Shown one piece after another: positions 25,128 through 38,699 of a stretch of DNA of 64,000 nucleotides. This DNA is from Podarcis erhardii (taxonomy: Eukaryota): the NCBI GenBank assembly GCA_964252035.1, contig OZ176208.1; one strand, written 5' to 3'. A program made the translations under genes and the position numbers. The notes below the pieces were generated by a model. The model was not told where the DNA came from. It saw only the letters and a list, made by a program, of their open reading frames with translations, and did not search any database. Each line of letters opens with the position of its first letter. Within the stretch, counting starts at the first letter, position 1.

Positions 25128-26444
25128 ACATTTTTTTTAGGTTTGCCTTGAGAGAGTCTTTAAACCTCTTTTGTTGGCTGCCAGCATTATGCTTTCCATT
25201 TTTAGGTTCGGAATAGAGTAATTGCTTTGGCAGACGATAATCAGGCATCCGAACAACATGACCAGTCCAACGAAGTTGATGTTGAAGAATCATTGCTTCG
25301 ACACTTGTGATCGTTGCTTCTTCCAGTACACTGGCATTAGTTCGCCTGTCTTCCCAAGTTGCCTAGTTGCCGCGTTGTCTAGTAGTGCAATGGGACTTGG
25401 ATGTGACTGGTGTTCTTGCCAGGTGGGGTGGTCTCCGTTCATTTCAACCTTGCTTCCTTGCTTCCCGGCTGATTTTGGAAAGAAGGAATGAGTGGAGATT
25501 ATCTGGATCGGGTTTTGAGTCCCTCAGGAAAGAGGAGTGTATTGTCAGCGGCCTGGATGTCTCTTTTCAGTTCGCTTCTTGAAACTTCCTCTGCAACGTA
25601 GTTTTGTTAAAGCCAACACAACCCTAGGCACTGCAAATTAGGGCGTTGAAAATGCGAGTATTTCTTTATATTTTAACCCACAAGTCCTCGATGGTTGATG
25701 GAAAGCAAGAAGTATTTGGGCGGTAGGTGCTTTAAAAAAAACAACGAAAATGCCTGCATAAACTTCCCGTTAAAAGTTTGTAGCATTTCCCAGGTAACAG
25801 TAACATACCAAGCTCATATACTGACTTCCCGAAATGAGGGCAACATTGTAGGGATTTTTTGTTTGTTTGTTTTAAAAAGGATGTGGTCATTGGTTAAATC
25901 CTATACATATCTACTCAGAAGTAAGTTCCCCTGAGTTCAATAGGATTTACTTCCAGGTAAGTAGGTACAGTATGCCAGCCTGTTCCTGGTTAATTCATGC
26001 GTGATAGGCTAATTTAATTCAATTATTTGTTTACTGAAGTGGGGGTGTTGAATTAGATACATATGCGAAATCCAATTAAACTGAAGTAGATCCGGGTTTC
26101 ATTTAGTTTAACCCCAACACCTCGGCTGCGATCCTGAAAGTCGGTTCTTGCATAATAATAGATCAGTATGTCAGATAAATAATAGCCTCTTTCAGGCGTG
26201 TAAGATGCTCTTCTGTGTGAACATTCGTGGTAGGGGAAAGCAAGTTCGACTGGCTACAGTGGGTCTATTTTCCGATTAAAGGTGTAGAGGATCTGGGGGC
26301 CCATAGGAACAGCCCTGTCTGTCCACATCTCGCTGCAGGAAGACTAAGTGGCATTTCCGTCACCCGCTTCCTAGGAAGCAAGCAGCACTTTGCTTAAATA
26401 TGAGCCCGGCAGAAGCTTCACCAAACCTTTCAGAGCCAAGTCGA

Positions 26445-26612
26445 GGAAGGGCCGTAGTTCAGTGGTAATACTTTTGCCTAGCATGCAGAAGGTCCCAGGT
26501 TCAATCCCCGGCATCTCCAGGGTAGGGCAGGGGATGACCCTTGTCTGAAAGGTTGGAGGCTCCCTGTCAGTAAATGTGGAAAATGCCGAGCTAAACGGAC
26601 CGGTGGTCTCTA
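26445..26612 (+). mobile_element. tRNA-Ala-derived SINE, near full length
   Basis: Head gggccgtagttcagtggt...gcatgcagaaggtcccaGGTTCAATCCCcggcatctcca (B box 26498-26508) followed by the SINE body. Confidence 0.8.
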
Positions 26613-27274
26613 TCCCTAGGGCTAGACAGATCAGCTCGAGGAGGGAGTGTAGCAGTGCTGATCCCTGAAAAGCGGCATATAAGTCTCAGAAAAAAACAAA
26701 TGCATACCTTCAAAGTTTAGCTAAGGCCAAATACTTAGTTAACAGCAACAACAACAATACTAAGTGGGGCCGCAGTGTTATTATTTAGGCAAGAATCTGA
26801 CAGATTAATCGAGTTTTAGGCACAGTGATCCACTAAAAATATGCCCTTCTTAATTAATAGACCTCCTTTTTAAAACTTTATCATTATTTTAAATACAAGT
26901 ATCAGCACGTCTTAAGGGAGGCATTGTGTTCCTTGTGAGAGGGGCTCTATTCTTCACATGGGTCCATCATTTAAAAAAGCCAAAATCGTTGCTTTTTTAA
27001 TGTAAAGCCATTGCTTTTTCTCGTATGAAGATTCGATGGTTGCATTAGTCGCTTAGTTGACTGAAAACATGCGAGCAATCGATTAGGATTTGCTTGGTAA
27101 GTGCTACCTGTTGTTCACCAATTTTTAAAGCCAATCACAGCCAACGTTGTACCCCTTTCCAAGGCTGTAGTCCTAATGCACAAATACCTCGGAGTCATTG
27201 TCCTGCATGTTCCATTGATTTCAGTGGGAAAAACTTATTCTGTGTCCATCCAACTCAATGCTGTCTACACTGAA

Positions 27275-27439
27275 GGGAGCCAGTGGTGCAATGGGTCTGT
27301 GTGGGTCTGACTTGTAACCAGAAGGTTGCTGATTTGAGCCCACCCAGGGACGGCTGTGGGCAGGGGGTTGGACTCGATGACCCCCCCCCCAAAAAAAAAA
27401 ATAAATCCCTGCCAATTCTACAGTTTTATGATTCTATGA
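27275..27439 (+). mobile_element. tRNA-derived SINE with CR1-type tail
   Basis: gggagccagtggtgcaatggg head, gcagggggttggactcgatgac core, ttttatgattctatga tail; abuts a minus-strand tRNA-Ala SINE fragment at 27440-27535. Confidence 0.8.
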
Positions 27440-28185
27440 GTCTCCAGGGCTTCAGACAGGGGACATCGCCAGTCCTACCTGGAGATGTCGGGCACTGTAT
27501 CTGGGACCTTCTGCAAGACTTAATGCTCTTCCTTCCACATTCGTGCTGGCATATGCTGAATATTTCTTCCACTTAAATCTGTGTGGGGTCTGCCACCTAA
27601 CCATATCCATGCCTACTAGGAAGTTAGTCCCACTGAGATCAATGGCGCTGGTTCCAGTTCTTCTAACGAGGACTTAGAAGCGCTAAATTCTGTCTCAACG
27701 GTACCCATTCAAGGGCGGCGGGGGGGGAGGGACACTTAGATCAAGAATACCATCAAATCAATATTTCTGTGAAGCTCCGGGCAGGTTTACAATCCAAATA
27801 ACGCCTGACCTGTGGAACCTTTTTCGGATCTAGTGAACAGGAAAGAACACGAGTCGCGTGTCAAGCCCTTTTCCAGGGAGCAAGTTCCATTCAACTCAGT
27901 GGGACCTACTCCTGGAAAAAAAAGGCGTGTTGAGGATTGCTCTGTCAGCTAAATCGTTTTCTTGAGGACTCGGAACCCATAGAGTCAACATTTCGTTTAT
28001 TTCTTAAAATAAATTCGATGTCGCTATTCATTCCCGGAAGAGTTTCAAAGTGGTTTACATTCCACAACGCAACAAACTCCAGCGTAGTGGGAAAGCACGT
28101 CCTCGTTATGTGTGAACCCTGCTTCCCACGCAAAGTTGGTTTACAAAGCGGCTTCCAATTAAAAATCCAAAGTGATAGTATAAGT

Positions 28186-28187
<2 letters not shown>

Positions 28188-28262
<75 letters not shown>
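28188..28262. repeat. Compound (TG)n(AG)n microsatellite
   Basis: Direct reading. Confidence 0.95.
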
Positions 28263-28265
<3 letters not shown>

Positions 28266-28677
28266 AAAAATAAATCCCGTTGAGTCCAGTGGGACTTGAT
28301 CCCAGGTAAGTGTACACAGGTTTGCGGCTGCTCTCTATGCGTGCGTGCCTGGGAGAGGAGGAGGGGGGGGGAATCCTTGCAGCTCCTTGTCCTAGCTCTG
28401 TTTTGTTGTTTGTCTACCGGGATGCTGTGGCTGCACTTCTGAATCCCCTCGCTTGGACATCCATCCCACTGAACCCAGGGGGACTCGCTTCCAAAGCGCC
28501 GGATGAGGCTATGTATCTTATAGTGCAGTTTCAAAAGGACTGGGGAGGTACAGGCAACCATAGCATAACTAGGTTGCTTCAGATACTAGCGTCTTCAGGT
28601 TGCTCTGTACTGTACACAGTTTACTCCAATAAAAGACCTCTAAGAATTTTGCCATAGTTTGCTAGAAGATGCTCTCT

Positions 28678-28788
28678 CATTCATTTCATTGTTACGTCTT
28701 TCCTCCAGCGAGCTCTCTAGGTGGCCGACATGGTACTTCCCTTGCCCGTTTTATCCTCACAAAAACCCTGTGAGGTAGGCCAGGCCAA
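28678..28788 (-). mobile_element. MIR/Ther1-like CORE SINE (Squam3-like) 3' fragment
   Basis: ttttatcctcacaaaaaccctgtgaggtagg core motif. Confidence 0.7.
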
Positions 28789-29763
28789 CTGGCTTCTTCA
28801 CAAGGAATGGGAGAGGAGCGAAATGTATTGGGCTGACTCCACAAAAGTACATAGATTAATGTGATTCATCAAACTGGAGTTTTAAGCCTGAATAGCGGCC
28901 GAACTGCTGAGTCTGAACCGGGGAACCGAGTTTAATTATCTGCTACGTTAATACTTCCCTAGTTATGGCACGCTTTGACATATTACGTAAATAGGGAAGC
29001 GATGCCTATCCAAACTACATCTCCCAGCATCCCTGATTATTGGCCAACCTGGGTGAAGTTGATGGGAATTGGAGTCTAATATCTTGAGGTTCACATGTTC
29101 CCGTGATTGGCAGTAGCCAATCAGATGCCTCTCAAAAGCTCAAAATAAAGTTGAGAAGCCATCTCTTGTTGGGTTTTCTCAAACCCACCTGTTGATCAGT
29201 GATATACTGCACCTGACCATGGAGTTTCCACCTCGCACCGACTTACAAGGCTGTTGTGAGGGGGCGGGGAAATCAGTTGACAGAACGAAGCATTTTTGTA
29301 CGCATGAAAAGTGCCTCAGATAATACTGCTGATAAGATGACGGTGGTCATGAAAAAGCCCAATTTCATCTTCTTTCTTTGGAATTTATTTATTTAAGGAA
29401 CCGTTGTGCAGGGAGGAAAAGCCGTACACCTGACGCTAAGAAGAGTGGAGCGTAAGAGACTAGATTTATTTTACTTTATTTTCGGCTTGAGAGGGATCTT
29501 CCGAGAGCAAAGCTCCTGGAGGATTTGCAGACGAGGCAGGGAGGGGAAGTCAGGAAGAGAATGGGGGGAAGAGAGGGGCGGGTGCTCCTATTTCTAACTC
29601 GAAACCTGTCCGCTGTGCTAAATAACACGGAGACTTGCCCACATATCCGTCCCCAGCCGGGAGAGCCTGATCCCATCTCCCCAGGCCAGCTGTTCCGAAA
29701 TCGAGTCCAATGTCGCCTTCCAATACTACTCCAAATGGAGATAACAAGTTACCTTTGCGCTCT

Positions 29764-29771
<8 letters not shown>

Positions 29772-29832
<61 letters not shown>

Positions 29833-29833
29833 A
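29772..29833. repeat. Compound (CT)n(CA)n microsatellite
   Basis: Direct reading. Confidence 0.95.
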
Positions 29834-30974
29834 CGTCGCCGGACCCTAATATATGCAGCAGTTGCCAGATCGACTGCGGGTGGAGGGAAGGAGCAATGTA
29901 TAACGAAAGCTTTAGCCGTGCGCAGGAATATACTAATGGCACAATCTGATGCCTCGTTAATCCTATGTAAAAAGCTTTGTCGCCTTCCCAATATTGACTG
30001 AATGGGTAATTAATGGCTCTTCATCTAGGCGAATAGTCGGTAATCCGAGGCAGGCGAAAGACAACAAGCCAATGGGTTTTAAAAAGAGAAAGAAAGACAA
30101 CGACAACAGGTCTATCCAGAGGCTCTGCCCGAGCGCCAACCGAGTCATTTTGCAGAAGTGCAGACCCGGGCGCTTTAGTGAGATGGAAATTGGTGGGAAG
30201 CTCACCTGCTCCAGCTAAAAAGATTATTATTATTTATTTCTCCCAACCAATTACCTCAGGATAAAATGGCTGGAATTTGTTTTTTAGATTTTATTTTCTC
30301 TCTACAGCGGTTTCAAGAGAAAACTGGTTTTTCCCGGGTGTAGAATTGGGGGGGGGGGCTGTAAACACAGAGAAACGGAGTCTCTATTTATTCCAGATTG
30401 ATTAGTGGCCGCCGGAGGGAATTTAAGGAACATCCACTATGGGATGCTAAAAAACCTGTTGATCTAGAAGGTGCAGATTTTGTTATTGCAAAATTCTAGA
30501 TCTTGACAAATTAAAATTTGACTGAATGAATCTGACTGAATCTGAGTAGTAGCTGGCCCCATTTGCTCTCCCTTGGGTCCGTTGCCGGATCAAGGATGGA
30601 CAACCTTGGCCCGGGACCATAGTAAATGTATCCGGCCAGAGCAGACGCTACCAGATTTTAACCAAGGTGAGATTAAAAAAAGAAAGAAAGCGGGGGACCT
30701 CGTTCAAGTTGTAAGAAACCTGAATACTATTACATATTTTAGGTGCTGGATGCAATGGCCTGAGGTTGAGTGAGCAGATGTGCTCCTGATTTCTACATCT
30801 CCATTTCAAAACATCTGAGATGAACTCAGTTGTTGGGGCGGGGTTCCCCACGACTTGCTTACCGAAGGTTCATCTTGATTTGTTTGCGGGAAGGTTAGAC
30901 GACGTTGCCTATTTAGCAAGCATCCACAGTGATTTGTATGAGAGAAGATTACACAACGTTGCATCAATTTACTA

Positions 30975-31192
30975 TCATTATTTATTTCGCATTTATAGTC
31001 CACCTTTCCTCCAAAGGGTTCGAGGTGGCTTCCCTTTCCCTATATGATCCTCACAAGAACCCTGTGAAGTGGGTCAGACTGAGAGGCAGTGGTTGAGCCA
31101 AGGTCGCCCTAGTGAGTTTCATGGTTGTTGCGGGTTTGAACATTGGCCTCCCAGCTCCTAGTTCGAGACTCTAACCACTACATCACGCTGCC
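30975..31192 (-). mobile_element. MIR/Ther1-like CORE SINE (Squam3-like), near full length
   Basis: gatcctcacaagaaccctgtgaagtgggtcagactgagag...ccaaggtcgccctagtgagtttcatgg...gggtttgaac...ctctaaccactacatcacgct. Confidence 0.8.
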
Positions 31193-31848
31193 TGTCCCAC
31201 ACTCTCCAGCGCATTTCTCCGTCGCTTCCTTTGGAAGTCCCGTCTTTTTTGGGGGTGGGGAGTTTGGGTCCAACTCTAATTGCGCAGCCAGAATTTGCCG
31301 GTATGTGATTGAACTCCATTCGAAAATACCGACAGCGCCCTCCGTGTGTTAAGGTTGGACACTATGCTGGACAGTAGATGTGAGCCATCTCTGGCAGACT
31401 GAAGAGGAAGTCCGCAAGTCCCACCAGGTTGGTGCACACACGTTCCAGAGGGAAGTCAATGGACTCCGTTTAGGGTTCAGATGCTCAGGGCTAGATCCAC
31501 CAATCTGTGCTGAACTTTTCTGAGCGCAAAGAGCGGGATATTTGGCATCCTGAGAGTGGCAGAGGGGAACATGCCTGCGGACACGTAAGGGTTCTTCTTA
31601 AACAGACTGTGGAGCGAGAGAAGCAGGAAACCAGGCGGGGAGGAACTCCAATAACCAATGCCTCCGAGACCCACTGTGTGTGGCTAAGGTTGCAGCCACA
31701 CAGTAGAGATGCAGGTTATCGGGCAACTCTGAGCCAATCGGTCCGATCAACCTCACAAGGCTGTTGTGAGATAAAAAGCCCGTTTGGGTGGGATGACCAC
31801 TAAATATCAAGGTAACGATAACCTTTTATTGATCCAAGATATTTCAAC

Positions 31849-31850
<2 letters not shown>

Positions 31851-31893
<43 letters not shown>
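31851..31893. repeat. (AAT)n microsatellite
   Basis: Direct reading. Confidence 0.95.
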
Positions 31894-31895
<2 letters not shown>

Positions 31896-34220
31896 TAACA
31901 CCAAGTGGCTGTCGTCGTCGTCGTAACAGTAGCAACGGTAGTAGCGGCATTTATTCTATTTAATAATTCTTCTCATTGGTGGCAGTGGCCTCCCTTGGAC
32001 TGAAGGGAGAGAGATAAATGTAACATACAAACAAATCGCATTCCATTTCAGTATTATCCTTAACAATATTTATTCCATTTGTTTGTTTGTTTAGGATGTT
32101 GTTCTAGTAGTAGCAGCAGCAATTCCAGTAGCCGTGATAGTATGAATGGACCAAGGAAATGAGGGGTGAGAGAAAGAAAGGAGAACGAAGTACCGTCTTG
32201 CGCTTCCTTCGCTACAGTCTTTTCAGATTTCAAGTGGGCTCTATGGAGGCAGAGCGGGGTGGATGGGACAATTGTAGACAATTTTGAATCGCCCTGGAAG
32301 CGTTTAGGCCCCATGGCGTCAAAGATTCTGGCAGATCCTTCCTGGTATTCTGGTATTCTCTTCCCTCTTGTTTCTTCAAAGGCGCAAACGTTGTGTTCGT
32401 CTCCAAGACGGCTGGGAAGAACAGCGGTTAATGGAGGGCTCTGGCGCTCAGGTCCTCCTTAGGCGCTTCCTATAAACACCTAGCTGGCCGCTGAGGGATA
32501 GAGAATGGTGGTCTGAGCAGGCCTTTGTTCTGATCCAACGGGGCTCCTCTTGTATCATCTTATACCTTGATTCCATAACTCTATTCCTAATTGGTTAATC
32601 AATTAAGAACTACAACAACTCAGAATCCTGATACTGGAACCTGTGCTTAGTGATTTCTGGCGATCTTCGTTCGTAAAGTATAGGGAAACCCATAGGAATC
32701 ATTTCAGGACAATTCTATTGTCTATAGAGAACTCAACCCACAAACCGGTTAAGACGTAGTATTAGACTTTAAGCCGAATCAATGGAACTAATCCGGTTTA
32801 AATCCTAACACTTCAGTTTAGCTATGCATCCCTTTATGGCCAAATGCTTGCCTTATTGGAGCGTAGCTTCTGCTTCAAAATGATCGGCTGATTCTGGGGG
32901 GCTAAGTCTCTCCTATACCTGAATTTACTCTGGATTTTTAAATTGGCTTTTTGCTTCTTTGAAACATAGGGGACGTTGTCTCTTGTGCGGTTTATTAACC
33001 ACAGTCGCTTAAGAATATCATTGGTTATCACTTAGCAATGGTTATAAGTATCCTAGAAAAGCGAAGTGTCATTGAAATATCACTGAAAGTATGAGATTTG
33101 TTTCCAAGAAACAACGTGGTTCCCAAAATGTAGCGCTTAGAAGAGGGTGCGAGACAGACCCCTTGATTATCAACCGGTGGTGAGGGAATATTTAATTTAA
33201 TAAGGCAAAGATTGTCACCAGATGAAGAGGTGAGATCTAAACAGACTCCCGTTTCGAGTTCAGCGTTTGAATGATCATTTGGATGGATGGATGTGAGTCT
33301 TCGCTGGCCACAAAGCAAGGAACGCACCCTGGTTCCCCCAAATTTATTTAAAACTGTCAGCGTTGTACTTGGCAAGCAGTAGTCATTTCCTTCTTGCTGT
33401 TAAAGAGACAAGTAATTCAGTCGGGTATGGCAGTCGATGCTAAAGGCGGGTTGGAGCAGAAACGAGGGTAAACTTATAGAACTGGATGGATCATTTGCTA
33501 AGCGCAACGTGCAACTGCTGGACATTGTTGCATCCAAGGCCACAAGATGTTCCTACTTTAAAGAAACCCACCCTATATCTGTTGACTCAAAAGGGTAAGA
33601 ATGTATAGGATTGCAGCCGACGCAACGGCCATCGGGAAATTATCCTGAACTCTGCTCATTGCCAGGAATGGGACTTGAGCAATGTCTGATGGGTCTTGTG
33701 CAAGAAAGTCCTAGTTTATGGAGGGGGCTGGTGGTAGCGCAAGAAAACGCCGCCTTGTTCCTGCCTTAGGTTGCAATCTTACGCACATTCACCAGCAAAT
33801 ACGTTCAAGCGAATATTGGACTGCCTCCCCCGCCCCCGCCTTCACGTCCTGCTCAGGAATAGAGCGATAAACAACTCGGAGTGCAAGGAATGGTGTGGGA
33901 CTCGGGAGTGGGCAGATTTTGTTGGGTTGGTCGGATGAACAAACAGTTTAAGAAATCAGAACAGTTTCACTCTTTCTAGCGTAAGAGTAGTCTCCTTTCT
34001 CTTTCCAAAACCCAAGGTTGGCTTTGGCCAGTCTGAACTGCAAAACAAAACTCTGCCGACCGACAAGCCCTGAGCTAGCATTGGATAAAAGGAAAGTGGC
34101 GCCACACACCTCTCGCGAAAAACACACTTTTCTGTCCCAGAAGCCTCCCCTACGGAAGCACCATGTCCCCTATGAGCACCTGCAGATCTTGTCCTGATTC
34201 CTTATCTAGAGAGAGCGGCC

Positions 34221-34488
34221 CACAAGTTGTAGTGATGGCCACCAGCTTGGATGGCTTTAAACGGCTATCAATTCACGGAGGATAAAGTTGCCAGTGGCTA
34301 TGAGCCACAATGGTCATCTTCTGCCTCCTCTGTCGGAGGCTGGATGGTTGTGAATACCAGCTGCTGGGAAGGTCCTGTTGCGCTCAGGTCCTGCTTGCAG
34401 ACTTCCAGCAGGCATCTGGTTGGCCTGAACAAGCTACCCTACTAGATGGGCCAGTGGCCTGATTCACCAGGGATTTTCACATGTTCCT
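34221..34488 (+). mobile_element. CR1 LINE 3' end
   Basis: gtagtgatggccaccagcttggatggctttaaa...ggcatctggttggcc...ctagatgggccagtggcctgattc...atgttcc. Confidence 0.82.
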
Positions 34489-34521
34489 TTTGGAGGTACC
34501 ACTTTAGATCTTGCCCACAGC

Positions 34522-34675
34522 TGGGGATGGACCGTGCCTCAGTGGCAGAGCACTGCTTACGTGAAGAAAGTCCCAGGTTTCAGGTAGCATGTGGTGTGAA
34601 AGCCTGAAACCCTAGAAAGTAAACAGTCCTGGACTGGATGGAGCAATGATCTGACTCAGCATAAGACATCTTTGT
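34522..34675 (+). mobile_element. Decayed tRNA-Ala-derived SINE
   Basis: ggaccgtgcctcagtggcagagcactgct...agaaagtcccaggtt...cctgaaaccct...ggagcaatgatctgactcagcataag. Confidence 0.7.
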
Positions 34676-37600
34676 TTGCGGCTATGACAGGTACATTGGT
34701 CGGTGGGTGATTCGTGAGTCATGCAAACGCTATGACACATTATATTTTTTTTTACAGTCTTTATGGTTAATTTTGTTTCTCTTTAATATTGTTACTTATG
34801 AATTCTCTATCGATTCACACACCCCATTTATTTTCTCGGTCTTTTCCAGAACACACCTCTCTCCGCCCCCCCCCCCCCCAAGACTTTTGAGTAGAGCTAG
34901 CATCTAAGGCCTAGCATGGAAGAATCTCCCAGATAAGTCCCGGAGAAGATGCATCCCTAACTATCCCAGCAAGACGAAACCTGGGCAGTTTTCATTTAGG
35001 GAAACGCCCAGATAGTCACACAACAGCCCACATGTTCCTTGCAATCTGCCTAGGTCTCATTCGGTAGTTTACTTATCAGAACAGTTAATCCCGCTTTGAC
35101 CCATTTTAAACACATTGACTTGGAAGTTCCCATTGATTGCACTTGAAGGTTCTTGGAAGGCAGTTCCATCGAAATCAATGGGATTTGCTTCCTAACAATT
35201 CTGTTTAGGGTTAGGTTGTTGTTTTTATGCGGCTAATCATTGTCTTCTACATTACACCAAAATACACGCACTTCTCTTTGCTTTAGCTCAGAGCACACAA
35301 ATTCTCCTCTGACCTCCCATGCCAAGCAAAGGTGTTTAGGGTGGTATACGAAATTGCAACGGATAGAAAAGATACCCCAAACACCTGAGCATATCCTAAT
35401 CGCCATCTTTTGGACATATAAGGTCCATTAGCCAAACTCTTCGCTTGTGTTTTTATATCTTTATGATTTCTGGACTCCAGGAGCAAGGTGCATATTTTTT
35501 GCTTGTTTAAAACGCGGGTGAATGATTCCTTAACGCATTTTTTAACTGCGCATCTACACACGGAATATATTTTCGGGTTAAGAGGCTGCAGTCCTATAGC
35601 AACTCTTCCTGAGAGTAAGCCCCACTTACTGACAGGTAGACATGGATAGAATACTGCACTTGAAATGGATCTTGTCGAGAGGGGAAGGAGGGGCTGTAAT
35701 CCGCTTTAGGGGGGTAGCATTTCGAATTTCTTGAAACGGGATCAAAGTGCTGATCTTGTCTATATGGGAACAGACATTCCAGGCCACCGTCCATTTCCTT
35801 CCTCTCTCTCGCCAATCCCGTCCAGCTTGCTTTGCAGCGAAGGTGGAGGAAGCTTCCGCCCAGTCTCCCAGGGTGGGTCTCGCGTTTCCATCCTCGCTCG
35901 CCGCGCCTGGAGTGGCTGGTTGCCTCCTGCAACGGCTTCCATTGATTCAGAAGGGCCTCAGGGGATTTGCGTGGAGTGTGAACCCCCCAGTCGCCCCCGG
36001 GAGGTTAAGCAGAAACCGGGATATGATTAGTAAACAAATTGTGCAGAAAGGCGCTGGATTCTTATTGACTTACTTATAGGTCATCTGCTGCCGGTGCTGT
36101 GGGAAAAACTATTTACTTTACACATATACTTTATGATCTTGAGGGAATTAGAGGAAATTCAATAAGAAAACGGCTAGAATCGTTTAAAAACCCCTATTTA
36201 AAAGACTTAAGGAAATTAGAGTCTTATCAGATTAAAATCCACTACAAATGTAAGAATATTGTCTCCATCGAAACGCAGTGGGGTCTAAGGAAAGCGGTGG
36301 AGGGGAGAGACAGAGAGGGAGCGCCTTTGTCAAATCGCAGGGATAAACCACGTCATTTAAACACCGGGATAATGAGCAGAATGTAAATTAATTTGACCTT
36401 CTTTACCAACAGACTGCTAAAACAATACGCAGACTAGTTTAGCGGTCTCGAAGCGAAATGAGGAGGGATGAGATGGAGGCAGAGAATCCAGAGGACCACC
36501 ATTAGTTTGGAGGAGGGTGGTGGTGATATTGGGGATGGTTTGCAGAGTCCCCCTCTCAGCCAAGCTGGGTGCTTTTTATCTCCACAACTTGGAGAATGGA
36601 GGCATTTGGACCAACTGCGCCTTAGCTTGTCCAAAAGCCTTCTGAGATGAGCTAAGGCGGGTTTTAGCGATACCATATGGAAGCTTCAACCTCGCCGTGG
36701 CCCTCAGGAAAATTAAACCATGGCAAAGCAGTACTTCTACTCGGGAGTAATCAGAGTTGATAACTGCGAATATGGAGTCAAGAGAGGTAGTTATTTCGTA
36801 TTAACGAATGTGGGAGCGCAAGATTGTGATCTGTTGTATGTATGCAGTGCTTAGATGATTCTTGGGGCTAGGGAGAAATTTGGCAAAGTGCGTAACACTG
36901 AGGGATCCACTAGATCGGATGTGTTTTCTATCATCTTCTAACTATTGGGGTTAATTGGGTTAATTCTCTCTTCCTGTGTCGGTATAACAGCCTCCGTCCT
37001 CTCTCGGGAATCTCTGATCTAAATGGGCATTCTGGCCAAGCAAAGGACCCCCCCCCCCCGCTTGGTTAAGAAAAATTCTGTTTCCAACGATTCTGTTTTC
37101 GATCCAGCAAAGATTGTACTATATTGCCACACTTTAAAAAAACCAAACCCGAAGAATATTAGCAAATCCCGCATGCAGAGCGCAATAGGAAGCTCATATA
37201 AGGGCATTTTTTGAACTGAATTGTCTTAATTAACCTAACTTTCTCTCTCGCTCTAATACAGATAGATGGATAGACATATATTCTTGTGCGTAAGAATATA
37301 TCAAAGTCCTTTTATCGCCATGGCAAAAATGTGACATTGTGCGTGTGGGGAAAATAATTCCGGGAGAGAGAAGGAACGGAAGTTTTCCTTATTGGGATGC
37401 GATAGTAAAGAATGAATTCTGAAGACATTTATTGGGAAGGGGCTCCCACGGTTTTAAATAGCGCTTACCTGGGGTTACGTTCCAAAGGAATCCACCGTGA
37501 GATTGTGGTGGGGTTCTGTTAGTGCCTGAAATCAGAGTTTAAACAAGGATCAAATTTAACCTAGCATATCGATCGTACAGTCTATTTATATGGTTTTCAC

Positions 37601-38699
37601 TTAACATAATTTACACTGTTTAAATTATATATATATAGGGTCGTCTTCTCCAGTCCCCCCCCCCATTGCGTTTGAAGAAATGTATGGATGACATTATATC
37701 GGCATATTAAAATAACCGGATGATAAATTAATATGGGGGGTTATTTTAACTGAAAATAAAGAAAATGATGGGACCGACCGCGCGATGTTATTGCACGTTG
37801 GACTTCTCACGGGACTTTCTCCCAACCTTTCCCCAATAATTGTTTTGCAAATTAATATGTTTAGGACTGAGTTACAAAATATGAAATAGAAATATGGTTT
37901 AATGGGTTCTTTGATTTTTTTTAAAAAAAAATATTGAATTTGAATGAAAATTTGCATTCATGTATATATTTTTATTACGTTTATATATCGCCATTTCAAA
38001 TTATGTGGGTGGTATGTATAGACAATTGAAAAACTGGCCGTCTCTTACTTTGGACTAGTAGTAATTCACGTTTTCCAAAATGGCAATTTTAAACGATCGT
38101 GTTTTGTGTCAGTGAACATGGCATATTTCCCGAGTACTTTTTCATTCGTGACTGCGAGCCGTTCAGACGCTTGCCGTCTTAAGAGATGTGCTTTCCTCAC
38201 GCTTCCAGCCGGCAAGTCTGCTTTTAAGGCTTGCCATTGGCTTGGTGGCGCATTTATTTTTTAAGATTTTCTCCTTAAAGTGCGATTTATTTTCTGAATC
38301 GTTGAAACGAATCTTCCCAGGCTGGAGAAAGAGTCTTCTCAATGCAGCAAAAACTGTCTCTCCCGGAGAGTTAGGTGTCGGTTTCCTAGCCATTTTATCA
38401 AAGTTATTTTCGGGGCACATCTAGCTGTCTCCTGATGTTTTAAAAAAGTAAGAGTTGGAAAGCGTTCTGCAAATTGCAAACGCCATCAGAATAAAATTGT
38501 ATTCGTGAATAATCATAATAATATTGCTTCCATCGGAGACGACTTTCCCCGTTCTTATTTTCTAACACCCCACTTTGCTCCCTTGCAATGCAAGCCTTTG
38601 AGAGCAGACCTGACTGGAAGAGCGGTAGGGGAGGGGGGGGGGAGACAAGAGAGCAAGACTTTTAATTTAGCCCTGCCCTAAGTTTCTGATAGGGTGGTC

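Larger units (their letters stand above)
24372..25360 (-). mobile_element. 5'-truncated RTE (BovB-clade-like) LINE, interrupted by a Penelope-like insertion
   Basis: Minus strand reads WEDRRTNASVLEEATITSVEAMILQHQLRWTGHVVRMPDYRLPKQLLYSE...KRFKDSLKANLKK, resumes after the insertion as LKKCSINTGNWETLACERSDWR, and ends with the zinc-knuckle-like CPHCGRTCGSRIG; short (AAG)-type tail at about 24372-24386. Confidence 0.9.

Noticed and set aside
26445-26519. tRNA-Ala-like sequence with a B box
   Set aside because: It continues into a SINE body, the D arm is disrupted, and multiple decayed copies occur in the window; it is a SINE head, not a tRNA gene.
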